DNA of 64,000 nucleotides from Candidatus Sericytochromatia bacterium (GTDB lineage Bacteria; Cyanobacteriota; Sericytochromatia; S15B-MN24; VGJW01): NCBI GenBank assembly GCA_035285865.1, contig JAYKHS010000028.1, positions 44,044 to 108,043 of the forward strand, read 5' to 3'. Shown piece by piece: positions 55,445 to 64,000 of this stretch (position 1 is its first letter; each line of letters starts with the position of its first letter). The notes under the pieces were generated by a model. It saw only the letters and a program-made list of their open reading frames with translations, ran no database searches and was not told where the DNA came from. The position numbers and the translations under genes were made by a program.

Positions 55445-56371
55445 CTAGCGCACACCAGCCGTCCTGGGACGGGGCATCGCCCAGCTCGTCCGGTTGTCCC
55501 GGGGACCGGCCAGGGCCGGTTCGGGTGTCGTGCTGGAGCGAAGGTCGGCCGTGGGCTGCAGTTTCTTGACCAGGTCGAACTGGAAGCGAGCACGCAGCGG
55601 ATCGCCGGCTGCCATCGCGGTCTGGCCAAGATAGTAGCGTGCCACGCTGTTGCTCGAGTCGAACCCGACCGCGCGCTCGAGGAATCGATTGGCTTCCGCC
55701 ATGCGACCCGCATCGAAGGCCATGATGCCCAGCCAAGCGTTGGTGTCCGACGCCTCCGGGGCGAGGCGCCACGCCTGCCCGAAGGCCTCGAACGCCTTGG
55801 CGCCCTGTCCACGAAGGTAGGCCAACCGGCCCATGGCCAGCCACGCTTCGGTGCTGTCCGGTCGGTCGGAGACGACGGTGGTCAGATGGGGTTCGGCCTC
55901 GAGGTACTGGCCCGAATCCGTCAGCAGTTTGCCCAGCAGGGCCCGCGACTCCAGATCCCCCGGATGAGCCAACGCTTGCTGGCGCAGGATGGCAAGCGCA
56001 CGGGGTTGTTGCCCTGCGGCCAGAAGGGTCCGGACGCTCTGCAGTCGGCCTTGCCGATGACGCACCTGATCTCCGGGAGCGAGGACAAGGCGCGCGAGCC
56101 AGGTCGTTGCCTTGTCGATGCCCTCGGCCAGGCGATTGAGGAGGTCCGGTGCACTCAGACGGCCATCGGCCTGACGTTCTGCGGCATGCTGCCACGCCTC
56201 GAGGACCCGGACCCTCGGATGGTCGCCCAGACCGCGGCGACGCAAGCCTTCGAGCAACTCCCGGGAGGCCTCGGCATCTTCCAGGCGTCGCGTGACCTGC
56301 GCGGAGCGTTGAAACGTGTCCTGCGGCAGCAGGGGAGCCGTGCGCGCCGCCGGAGAGTTTTCCCAACTCAT
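55445..56371 (-). CDS. TPR-repeat protein
   Basis: Multiple TPR units (AWLAMGRLAYLRGQGAKAFEAFGQAWRLAPE..., AWLGIMAFDAGRMAEANRFLERAV...). Confidence 0.55.
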   Translation of the reverse strand: MSWENSPAARTAPLLPQDTFQRSAQVTRRLEDAEASRELLEGLRRRGLGDHPRVRVLEAWQHAAERQADGRLSAPDLLNRLAEGIDKATTWLARLVLAPGDQVRHRQGRLQSVRTLLAAGQQPRALAILRQQALAHPGDLESRALLGKLLTDSGQYLEAEPHLTTVVSDRPDSTEAWLAMGRLAYLRGQGAKAFEAFGQAWRLAPEASDTNAWLGIMAFDAGRMAEANRFLERAVGFDSSNSVARYYLGQTAMAAGDPLRARFQFDLVKKLQPTADLRSSTTPEPALAGPRDNRTSWAMPRPRTAGVR

Positions 56372-56759
56372 GCGGGTGCGCGCGCCTCGAAGCGGCGTAC
56401 GGGTATCGCGAGGCAGGCGGATGGCATCCTGCTGCGGTACGGTCGGAGTGGCAATGGACGCCGGATTGGCCGCCAGGGCCAGCGCGCGGAAGTCTGCCTC
56501 GATGCGACGCATGCTCGGGATCTGTACCCGGGCCCGCGCGTTCGCGAAACCTTTTAGGGAATCTTGGTCGGGGGTGAAAAGGTTGTTGCAGGCGCCCGGG
56601 GAGGGGCGACGCGGGTATGGACCATGCAGAACGCCTCTCCCGACCCGGCGGTCCTAAGTGTTGCCCGAGGATTAAGCTTAGCGGCGCCCGGAGAGGACGC
56701 GGCGACAAGTCGGGTGTGAAGGCCAGGGCCCCGGGGGGGGAGCCCAGCGCAACGAGGAG

Positions 56760-58097
56760 ATGACGATGTCCAGCATTCAGGGCGGGTCGACCTGGACCCC
56801 GAGTTTCGACACGGTGAAGATGACGCCGAATGCGTCGGTGCCCCAGATCAAGGACGAGGCCGCCGTCGTGCCCACGGGTTCCTCCGAGGAGCGTGGTGCT
56901 CAGGAAGAAGTCGTCACGGAACTGCCCACCGGTGGCGTCACCCTCGACCGTCCGACTGTCGAGGGCGATGTCGTGGGGGGCAACATCGTTCCGGACCGTG
57001 GTGGGTTCGTGGACGATCGCAACGCCATCGGCGGCAACCAGCAGGTGGATGGCAGCCGCGTGCCCGATTATGCGACGGCTGTGCAGAATCCCGCCCGCCC
57101 CACCAATCTGGGGGTGGATCAGCTGGGCTCGGACCCGCGTAGCACCGCTCCCGAACTGCCTCGGACGCCCATCAACACGGTCGTGGGCGGCATCGGCCAG
57201 GTGCTGGATCGGGTCAGCAACGGCGAGCGGGGTGACAAGATGGCCGGCGACCTGTCGTCGCTCATCGACAAGTTCAAGGACGATCCCGCCCTGCAGAAGC
57301 TGCTCATGAAGCTGTACGAGATCGCGATGGGCCAGGGTAATCCGTATGACGTCGCCGGGATCATCAAGGAGATCGAAGGTTACCTGAACAGCAAGGCGAA
57401 GATCATGTTCCCGCAGCATGAGCCCTGGGAGGCCATCGTCCAGCGCCCCGACGGTTCCAGCGAGCGCGTTTCCGTCCCGCCTGGCACCACCGAGGCTTCG
57501 TACAACGCCAATCCCTTCCCGCTCAATACGTCCCGTGGCCCGGCGACCGCGGGCGGGGGCACCGGCACCCATGATCCGCTCAAGATCACGCTGGACGGCA
57601 CGGACGCGAAGGTCAACACGACGGACAACAGCCAGATTCGCCTCGACGACGGCCGCGAAGTGACCATGTCGGGCGGTCTCAACGACAACGAGGCCTGGCT
57701 GGTCAAGGACCGCAACGGCGACGGCACGTCCAAGAACAATGGCGTCATCGACGGCAACGAGATCTTCGGCGACCACCTGGGCAAGTTCAAGAACGCCTAT
57801 GACGAACTGGCTCATGAGTACGCCGCCGAGCTCAAGACGGACGAGCAGGGCCGCAAGTACATCGATCTTGCGGACCCGAACTCGGTCGCGGCCAAGGAAC
57901 TCAAGCTGATGGACAAGGCCGGCAACTACATCCACGCCGCGGACAAGCTGCAGAAGCTCTACGTGTCGTGGGACGAGGTGAACATCCAGGCTGGCGACGG
58001 CCAAACCTCGCTGCGTCAGCAGGCCCTTGTCCAGTACAACGATGGCAAGGTGGCGAAGTCGGCCGACCAGTGGTTCGGCGAGAAGCAGGCCGCCTGA
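56760..58097 (+). CDS. acidic Gly/Asp/Asn/Thr-rich protein without signal peptide, unknown function
   Basis: 445 aa. GAGGAG RBS 8 nt upstream. Balanced codon usage. Asp/Asn/Gly-rich loops (e.g. DRNGDGTSKNNGVIDGNE) suggest possible Ca-binding. The opposite-strand 990-aa ORF is compositionally antisense. Confidence 0.6.
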   Translation: MTMSSIQGGSTWTPSFDTVKMTPNASVPQIKDEAAVVPTGSSEERGAQEEVVTELPTGGVTLDRPTVEGDVVGGNIVPDRGGFVDDRNAIGGNQQVDGSRVPDYATAVQNPARPTNLGVDQLGSDPRSTAPELPRTPINTVVGGIGQVLDRVSNGERGDKMAGDLSSLIDKFKDDPALQKLLMKLYEIAMGQGNPYDVAGIIKEIEGYLNSKAKIMFPQHEPWEAIVQRPDGSSERVSVPPGTTEASYNANPFPLNTSRGPATAGGGTGTHDPLKITLDGTDAKVNTTDNSQIRLDDGREVTMSGGLNDNEAWLVKDRNGDGTSKNNGVIDGNEIFGDHLGKFKNAYDELAHEYAAELKTDEQGRKYIDLADPNSVAAKELKLMDKAGNYIHAADKLQKLYVSWDEVNIQAGDGQTSLRQQALVQYNDGKVAKSADQWFGEKQAA

Positions 58098-58184
58098 GTC
58101 GCTGGTGACGGGGGGCGTTCCGCTCGTGGGCGGGACGTCCCCCGTTGTTTGGTCCATTCCTGCCGCGGGAACGCTGAAGTCATC

Positions 58185-59129
58185 ATGACTGCTGCATTGT
58201 CCCGGCCTCTCAGTCGTCTGGCCCTGGCCTTGGCCGTGACGACGATGCCTCTGCCGGTTCTGGCGGCCGGTCTCGAAAGCGATGCCTCCGACCTGCATCG
58301 AGAGGTCTTGGTTCGCCTCGCGGACCAGCTGATCGGGCTGGGTTACGTGCAGTCCGGCGAACGGGTCTGGTGGGAACCGGAGCACGCGGGCTCAACGGAT
58401 TCGGACGCCGATATCCTGCGTGCCATGTTGGCGCGCGCCCTGATGATGCGCGGCGTGGTGCTGGTCGACCGGGAGCCGGATGCCCAGGTGCGCCTCGAGG
58501 CGCGCATGCTCCGTGGACCCGGGGAGGTCGTCTATCGGCCCGAGCTTGTCGAGGGGCGTCCGGGACCCAGCTACACGGTGACGCACCGCCTCGTGGTCCG
58601 CTCCGTCGAGTCGGGCTCGAAGCAGGTGCGTGGGGCGGATGTCCTGGTCGTTCAACTTCAGCCTTTTGCCCCGATTGAGGTTCTTGCGCCCGCAGGGGCA
58701 CCGGGCGCACAGCGACCCGGGGTGCCGCACCCGGTCCGGGAGCTCCAGGGGGTGGGGCTTGCAGTGTCCAATCTGTCGGGTTCCGGCTTCTCCTATCGGC
58801 GCTGGACCGCATCCGGGCTTGGCTATCAGATATCGGGCTTTCCCTATGTCAATGGCCCGGATACGTTCTTCAACGCGGGCGGACAGGTGATGCAGTCCTT
58901 CTTCGAAGCTCCGTGGGGCCGAGGATACGGGCTTGGCTCGGCCGGTGCCGGATTCGGCAGTGTCGCGGATCGCTGGTTCGGCGGCACGGCATGGAACCTC
59001 AGTGTCGGAGGCGGGCTCGATCTGCGCCTTGCCGGCAACCTGGTGCTGTGCGCGCAACTCGCCTACAGCATCTCTGCGGGAAACCGCGTCGGTCCCGGCG
59101 TGGGTGCCGGAGCCTACATCGAGTTCTGA
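58185..59129 (+). CDS. outer membrane protein, paralog 1 (N-terminal periplasmic domain + C-terminal small beta-barrel ending in Phe)
   Basis: Signal peptide (LALALAVTTMPLPVLAAG). Shared block LSGSGFSYRRW...G.PY..G..FFNAGGQVMQSFFE. C-terminal GAGAYIEF. Confidence 0.55.
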   Translation: MTAALSRPLSRLALALAVTTMPLPVLAAGLESDASDLHREVLVRLADQLIGLGYVQSGERVWWEPEHAGSTDSDADILRAMLARALMMRGVVLVDREPDAQVRLEARMLRGPGEVVYRPELVEGRPGPSYTVTHRLVVRSVESGSKQVRGADVLVVQLQPFAPIEVLAPAGAPGAQRPGVPHPVRELQGVGLAVSNLSGSGFSYRRWTASGLGYQISGFPYVNGPDTFFNAGGQVMQSFFEAPWGRGYGLGSAGAGFGSVADRWFGGTAWNLSVGGGLDLRLAGNLVLCAQLAYSISAGNRVGPGVGAGAYIEF

Positions 59130-59157
59130 TGAGCCTCTTGAACGGGTGGAACGAGCG

Positions 59158-60198
59158 ATGCGCTTAGAGCAGTTTCTGACCGGATGCATGGCCGCTCCTT
59201 GCCTTGCGATGGCCTTGGGCGCCGTGGCTGTCGCGGCCCCGCCACCCGATGCCACGACGTTCCATCGCGTCAACATGGAGGATGTGGCAGACCGTCTGCT
59301 GGGAGGGGAGCAGCCTTGGCTCAGGAAGGGGGAGCGTGTGTGGCTGTCGGATTCGGCCTCGCTTCGTACCGCGCGGGATAACGATGCACGGGCTTTGAAG
59401 CACATGTTGATGGCAGCGCTCGCGCGTCGCGGGATTGTGTTCACGGCCTCCGAGGAGCGTGCCGATGTGATGCTGGCTCTGTCCTTCCCGGATGTGCAAG
59501 GGGAGAATCTGTTCTTCCGGCAGGAGTTGCTGGGTGTCCGGCCGGGTCCGTCCTGGCAACTTCGTGATCGCTTGACCGTCCGTGCGGTCGACCGGGCTAC
59601 CGGGCGTGTCCGGGGCGAAGACTACCTTGTCTCCGAGTACATGCCGTTCGGGGGCGGGACTGCCGTGCCTGGGTCCGAGGCTTCCGGAACCGCTAGTCCT
59701 TCCGTGCCGGACCTTGGCTCGGTCCAGGCCGAGCTGACAGGCTACGGACTGTCTGTCTCGTGGCTTTCGGGATCGGGCTTTGCCTGGCGGCGCTGGTTGT
59801 CGGACGGCTGGGGCTGGCAGTTGGCGGGCATCCCCTACAGCGATGGCACGTACTACTTCCACAATGCCGGGGGGCAGGTGATGCGCCAGCTGTTCGAGGG
59901 GCGGCCCGGACGACTCTATCTGCTCGGGGCCGTCGGTGCGGCCTATGGGACAACCGGTCCCACCGGCTGGGATCAGTTGTCCGATGACGGGAGCACCTAC
60001 AACCGTCAGCCAACCTTGCTCTGGAACCTCAGCGCCGGACTCGGGGCCGACCTTCGTCTGAGTCCAAACTTTGTGGTCGCGCTCGGGGCGGGCTACAGCA
60101 TGAGCCCCCGGGCCAGCATCGACGCCAGCTACCGTGTCCGGACGGAAAGCGTGGGGGTCACGCCGGCATTCTCCGCAGGGACGTTCCTCGAGTTCTGA
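59158..60198 (+). CDS. outer membrane protein, paralog 2
   Basis: Signal peptide (CLAMALGAVAVAAP). Same conserved blocks as paralog 1 (GERVWL, LSGSGFAWRRW, HNAGGQVMRQLFE). C-terminal SAGTFLEF. Confidence 0.55.
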   Translation: MRLEQFLTGCMAAPCLAMALGAVAVAAPPPDATTFHRVNMEDVADRLLGGEQPWLRKGERVWLSDSASLRTARDNDARALKHMLMAALARRGIVFTASEERADVMLALSFPDVQGENLFFRQELLGVRPGPSWQLRDRLTVRAVDRATGRVRGEDYLVSEYMPFGGGTAVPGSEASGTASPSVPDLGSVQAELTGYGLSVSWLSGSGFAWRRWLSDGWGWQLAGIPYSDGTYYFHNAGGQVMRQLFEGRPGRLYLLGAVGAAYGTTGPTGWDQLSDDGSTYNRQPTLLWNLSAGLGADLRLSPNFVVALGAGYSMSPRASIDASYRVRTESVGVTPAFSAGTFLEF

Positions 60199-60214
60199 GC
60201 CGTGTCGGGCGGGC

Positions 60215-61015
60215 TCAGATCGACAGGTTGCGTCGCCTGAAGACCTGCCAGGCTCCGATCAGGGTGGCGAGGGGCAGGCCAGCGAGGCACAGCCACGCGG
60301 TCCAGGCCGTTTCCTTCCCCGCGAGGGGTTCGTAGGGCCTGAACCATGTGAACGGGGACAGGGGTTTCAGAGGTTCGAGTGCCCGAAAGACATCCCCGAA
60401 CAGGCTCACGAAGAGCGCGACCATCATGATGGCAATGGCGGGCCGGAAGGCGTTTGCCGATTCACTCGTGGCCGACGAGATCAGCATCGTGATGCCGCCG
60501 AAACCCATCATGAGCAGCAACGCCTGAAGTGCGGTCAGCAGCCAGCCGACGGGCCCGCCCGGCAGGTTCACGCCATGCCACGCGAGCATGCCGGCGACGG
60601 CACCGACACACGCGGTTACCGTCACGGCTTGGCCAAGCACCAGGATGCCGATCTGGGCAAGGATGAACCTGCCGCGTGTGATGGGGCCCGACAGGGTGAA
60701 GGAGAGCGTGCCCCGTTCGATGGCCCCGGCGATCGCCGCTGACGGTATGCCGATGGCCCACGTCGCCAGCATCGCGAGGCTCAGTGGATGAATCAGGACC
60801 CAGGACACGTAGCCTTCGGGGCGTGCCATGGACACCCTGGCGCCCATCATCTTCTTGATGAACGAGGGCAGGAGTTTCATCGAGACTTCTGCCTGGGCCC
60901 GGTATTCCGGATACCACCACGCCACCATCCCGAGAAACAGCGCGAGGCCTGTGGCGAGCGCCAGCATGGTCGGCCAGCGGTCCTTGAGGGCACGCAGGAA
61001 GACGGCGGCGGTCAT
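60215..61015 (-). CDS. ABC-2 type transporter permease
   Basis: Six TM segments, 266 aa. Overlaps the upstream ATPase gene by 4 nt. Confidence 0.7.
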   Translation of the reverse strand: MTAAVFLRALKDRWPTMLALATGLALFLGMVAWWYPEYRAQAEVSMKLLPSFIKKMMGARVSMARPEGYVSWVLIHPLSLAMLATWAIGIPSAAIAGAIERGTLSFTLSGPITRGRFILAQIGILVLGQAVTVTACVGAVAGMLAWHGVNLPGGPVGWLLTALQALLLMMGFGGITMLISSATSESANAFRPAIAIMMVALFVSLFGDVFRALEPLKPLSPFTWFRPYEPLAGKETAWTAWLCLAGLPLATLIGAWQVFRRRNLSI

Positions 61016-61911
61016 GCGTAGTACTCCAGAAACGAGTCCTCGAGCCGGGCCGGTTCGATGGCCACGTCCCGGACCGGCAGGGTGGCCAGCAAGCCGAGCA
61101 GGGGCCGGATGTTTCCCTTGACCTCCAGGACCGCGCCGGCGCTTTCCCAGCGGACGACACGGGCGTCCGGCAGGATGGCAGTCACAGCTTCCCTCGAGAC
61201 GTCCTCATCGAGGACGAGGCTGACGCGTCGCGCCATTTTGGCCTTGAGGGCTTCCGTCCGGGCGACCTCGACGATGCGGCCGTCCCGAATGATGGCGACC
61301 TGGTCGCAGAGGCGTTCCACTTCGGAGAGCACGTGGCTCGACATGAAGATCGTGCCGCCCTCGTCCCGGTAGTTCTGCAAAAGGCCGTGGAAAGCCTGTT
61401 GCATCAGTGGGTCGAGGCCTTCGGTGGGCTCGTCGAGGATGACCAACTCCCGCGCCAGCAACAGGGCGTGGATGATGGCGATCTTCTGCTTGTTGCCCTT
61501 CGAGAGCGTCTTGAGTTTCTGGTCGAGGTTGGCGTCCAAAGCCTGGACCATCGGGTCGAGTCGGGCTTCGGGAAGTTTCATGCCACGAAGGTGGGCGGCG
61601 TAGTTCAAGAATGCGCGACCTGTCAGGCCTTCCGGAAGATGTACCTCGCCGGGCAGATAGCCGATGCGTCGCCGGACCTCCGGACCTTCACGCCATGGAT
61701 TTCGTCCGAGGACCGTGGCCACACCGGCCTGCGGGCGCAGGAAATCGAGCAGCAACCGGATGGTGGTCGACTTGCCGGCGCCGTTTGGGCCGAGGAAACC
61801 GAAGATGCTGCCCTCGGGCACGTCCAGCACAAGGTCGCGCACGCCCTTGCCGCCCGGATGCAGGTGCGTGAGGCGTTGGAGGGTGATGGCCATGGCGGAC
61901 ATGCCCGTCAC
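61012..61911 (-). CDS. ABC transporter ATP-binding protein
   Basis: Walker A GPNGAGKST. Signature LSKGNKQK. Walker B ILDEPTEGLD. H-loop SSHVL. Confidence 0.8.
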   Translation of the reverse strand: MTGMSAMAITLQRLTHLHPGGKGVRDLVLDVPEGSIFGFLGPNGAGKSTTIRLLLDFLRPQAGVATVLGRNPWREGPEVRRRIGYLPGEVHLPEGLTGRAFLNYAAHLRGMKLPEARLDPMVQALDANLDQKLKTLSKGNKQKIAIIHALLLARELVILDEPTEGLDPLMQQAFHGLLQNYRDEGGTIFMSSHVLSEVERLCDQVAIIRDGRIVEVARTEALKAKMARRVSLVLDEDVSREAVTAILPDARVVRWESAGAVLEVKGNIRPLLGLLATLPVRDVAIEPARLEDSFLEYYA

Positions 61912-61947
61912 AGTAGCACAGCAAGGCCTTCAGGCAGACGTGTTACC

Positions 61948-62496
61948 ATGATCACCATGCGTGGACTCATGGTCTTGTGGGCGACCTGCGTGGTGGCCGT
62001 CTCGACGGGGTGGGCGCCTGCCTTCGCTGCCGAACCGGTTGGGGCCGATCCGTTGGTGGCCGTCATCGCGCGTTCTGCCGGGCCAGACAAGGCAAGGCGT
62101 TATGCGCCGATGGTGCGCGCCGCGTCTCGCAAGCATGGCGTGCCCGAGTTGCTCGTGGCGGGCATCATCCGTCAGGAGTCCGACTGGGACCCGACGTGCC
62201 GGACCGGTCCCTCGCGAGGCCTGATGCAGGTCAATCGCGGGCACGCGCGTCGCGGGGACAACCTCTTCGATCCGAAGACGAACCTGGACTACGGCTGCCG
62301 GATCCTGCGCGAGTACCGGGATTGGGCCGCCAGGCGCATGCCCAAGGGGTCGTCCGAACGATCCATCTGGCACAAGGCACTCACGGCATATAACTTCGGA
62401 CCTATTGCCGTCGCGCACCGGGGCCTGTATCGCAGTCGCTACAGCGCCAAGGTGATGGGGTCCTACGAAAAGGCCGAGGCTGCGCCTCGGCGCTGA
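61948..62496 (+). CDS. lytic transglycosylase (SLT domain), secreted
   Basis: Signal peptide. SLT catalytic motif ESDWDP and GLMQV. Confidence 0.75.
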   Translation: MITMRGLMVLWATCVVAVSTGWAPAFAAEPVGADPLVAVIARSAGPDKARRYAPMVRAASRKHGVPELLVAGIIRQESDWDPTCRTGPSRGLMQVNRGHARRGDNLFDPKTNLDYGCRILREYRDWAARRMPKGSSERSIWHKALTAYNFGPIAVAHRGLYRSRYSAKVMGSYEKAEAAPRR

Positions 62497-62525
62497 AATC
62501 GCATCGGGGCGCGCCGCTTCGTGCT

Positions 62526-63992
62526 CTAGAAGCGGAAGAACAGTCCAAGGATCGGCGATAGCCCCCCGTCCTGGACCGTGGCGTTCTGCAAGGCGTCCGC
62601 GGCCACGGGCGTGCTGGAACCGGACGTGTTGTTGTTGGCCCCGCTGCCGAGGCGCCAATCCTGATAGATGGTCTCCGGACGCCACTGGACACCGGCACGG
62701 AGGTTGAGCGGGCCCCAGAGGCGCAGGTCCAACGCCGCTCCGGCAACACCGGAGATCGTCGACGCGCCCGCAGTGCTGACGGTCTCACCGCTCACCGGGA
62801 CGGGTTTCTTGAGGGGCTGGCTGACTGCGTTCAGACCCACGCCACCCTGAAGGTTCAGGCGCAGCCTTTCCGAGAGGGGCAGTTGCCACTGTGCCAGCAG
62901 GTCGAGCTTGAATGGCGAGACGCCCTGGCCGTAGGTGCCCCCGGCGAAGCCGAGCGCCACGCCAAAGCTCTGGCCGGACCAAGGTTCCAGAAGGTCGATC
63001 TCGAATTGGGCGCGGCCCAGCGAGGCGACGGCAACTGCCGCACTTGCGCCGAGGATCTTGGCGTTTTGCATCTGAGCACCGGCGAAGAGCCCCAGCCGCA
63101 GAAGCGATGCGCGGGGGTCCTCGACCAGCAGGTCGTCGTCGCGGATTCTGTCCTGACCTTCGATGATGACGCCGGTCGCGGTACCCGGGAAGACGCGCGT
63201 GACGGCGATGCGCCCGACTTCCGTCGTCGGGACCTGGAACACAGCCCCGCCAACCGGCTGGGACGTCGGGGTCATGCCACGTATCGCCGTAAGGATGTAG
63301 CCCTCTTGCATGCCCTGTTCCGAGCCCATGGCCAGCTGGATAAGGCGGCCCTGGCGCCCGACGATGCGCGTTTGCAGGCGGAACACGTCCCTGAAACCGC
63401 CTATGGCCTCGGCCACGAATTGGTCGGCCGCACGTCCCCTCGCCTGGGCCATCGAGTCACCGGATGCCTGGGAGTTGATGGCGAAGGAGCGTGCCACGAT
63501 GCCCCGACGCACCTCGATGAGCCTGCAGGAGCCGATCCACTGGTCGTTGTAGATGATCGCCCGGCCCTCGCCCCTCTGGGTGGCGATTTCGTTGGACACG
63601 TGGATCTCGATCAGGTAGTCCACGCCCTCGAGCCTGCTCAGTCGATCACGCTCCCCAAGCAGGCCGTCGATGCCCAGTTGCCGCTCCCGAAGAAGGGCGT
63701 CGATGCGGCCACGTTCGACGACCGAGAAGCGTCCGAGGTTGGCCAGCGCGTTGCCCAGGCGCTCATAGGCCATGTCCTCGTCATCGGCGAAATTGCTGTA
63801 GCGTTCGGGACGCAGCAGGGCGATCCGCGGGAGGGCAACGGCCACGTTCGCCATGGGAACGGCGGCGTTCTGGCCCGCCGCGGACGAGCCCTGGGCTCCC
63901 TCTCCGTTTGACCGCCGGATCTGCGCGGTGGCGGGAAGCGCACTTAGAATGCCGACGGAAAGGGCAAGTGCAATCGACAGGGCACGATTCAC
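62526..63992 (-). CDS. outer membrane protein with CsgG/LpoB-like N-terminal region and C-terminal beta-barrel (ends FFRF)
   Basis: Signal peptide (LALSVGILSALPATA). GRFSVVERGRIDALLRERQLG resembles the CsgG-family motif. C-terminal amphipathic strands ending GLFFRF. Confidence 0.5.
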   Translation of the reverse strand: MNRALSIALALSVGILSALPATAQIRRSNGEGAQGSSAAGQNAAVPMANVAVALPRIALLRPERYSNFADDEDMAYERLGNALANLGRFSVVERGRIDALLRERQLGIDGLLGERDRLSRLEGVDYLIEIHVSNEIATQRGEGRAIIYNDQWIGSCRLIEVRRGIVARSFAINSQASGDSMAQARGRAADQFVAEAIGGFRDVFRLQTRIVGRQGRLIQLAMGSEQGMQEGYILTAIRGMTPTSQPVGGAVFQVPTTEVGRIAVTRVFPGTATGVIIEGQDRIRDDDLLVEDPRASLLRLGLFAGAQMQNAKILGASAAVAVASLGRAQFEIDLLEPWSGQSFGVALGFAGGTYGQGVSPFKLDLLAQWQLPLSERLRLNLQGGVGLNAVSQPLKKPVPVSGETVSTAGASTISGVAGAALDLRLWGPLNLRAGVQWRPETIYQDWRLGSGANNNTSGSSTPVAADALQNATVQDGGLSPILGLFFRF

Positions 63993-64000
63993 GAAGGATT

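Noticed and set aside
55413-58385. 990-aa ORF on the minus strand
   Set aside because: Composition (L/V/R/D/G-rich, no functional motifs) is typical of the antisense strand of high-GC genes. It overlaps the plausible + strand gene 56760-58097, which has an RBS. Its 3' portion lies in the same region as the real minus-strand TPR gene but in a different frame.

Overview
High-GC (~68-70%) bacterial chromosomal segment from a diderm organism. Lipoproteins, beta-barrel outer membrane proteins, TatC, a type IV pilin and a MotA/MotB pair are all present. It is densely coding on both strands. I called about 60 protein genes and two tRNAs: tRNA-Leu(CAA) at 10969-11049 and tRNA-Val(CAC) at 34526-34598. 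I saw no rRNA, no CRISPR array, and no clear IS or transposon.

Recognisable housekeeping genes: SelO, MsrA, XerC/D-type recombinase, pyruvate phosphate dikinase with its regulatory kinase (PSRP), TatC, HPF, RNase Y, YmdB, SpoVS, ThiL, RsmG, dCTP deaminase, an M16 peptidase, an ABC transporter and an SLT transglycosylase.

Loci worth a second look:
1. An MglB-like roadblock protein and an MglA-like Ras GTPase in an operon, apparently translationally coupled, with a GAF-GGDEF diguanylate cyclase (22214-26018). A PilZ protein and a protein with MshEN/T2SSE_N-type repeats fused to a C39-like peptidase lie nearby. The region therefore looks c-di-GMP centred.
2. A tRNA-Leu-proximal three-gene module: alpha/beta hydrolase, WYL-domain regulator, and a 656-aa AAA+ ATPase with an unknown roughly 400-aa N-terminal domain. 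It resembles defence/stress modules controlled by WYL regulators.
3. An orphan full-length FlhB/YscU homolog with no other export-apparatus genes in the window.
4. A signal-peptide-less acidic 445-aa protein followed by two tandem paralogous outer membrane proteins. A third protein with a related architecture lies at the window end.
5. A Firmicute-like rny-ymdB-spoVS arrangement in a diderm.

Ten adjacent gene pairs share 4-nt stop/start overlaps (ATGA or GTGA): nine same-strand pairs, suggesting widespread translational coupling, and one convergent pair. All functional calls come from reading the translated ORFs against remembered family signatures. No database search was run.
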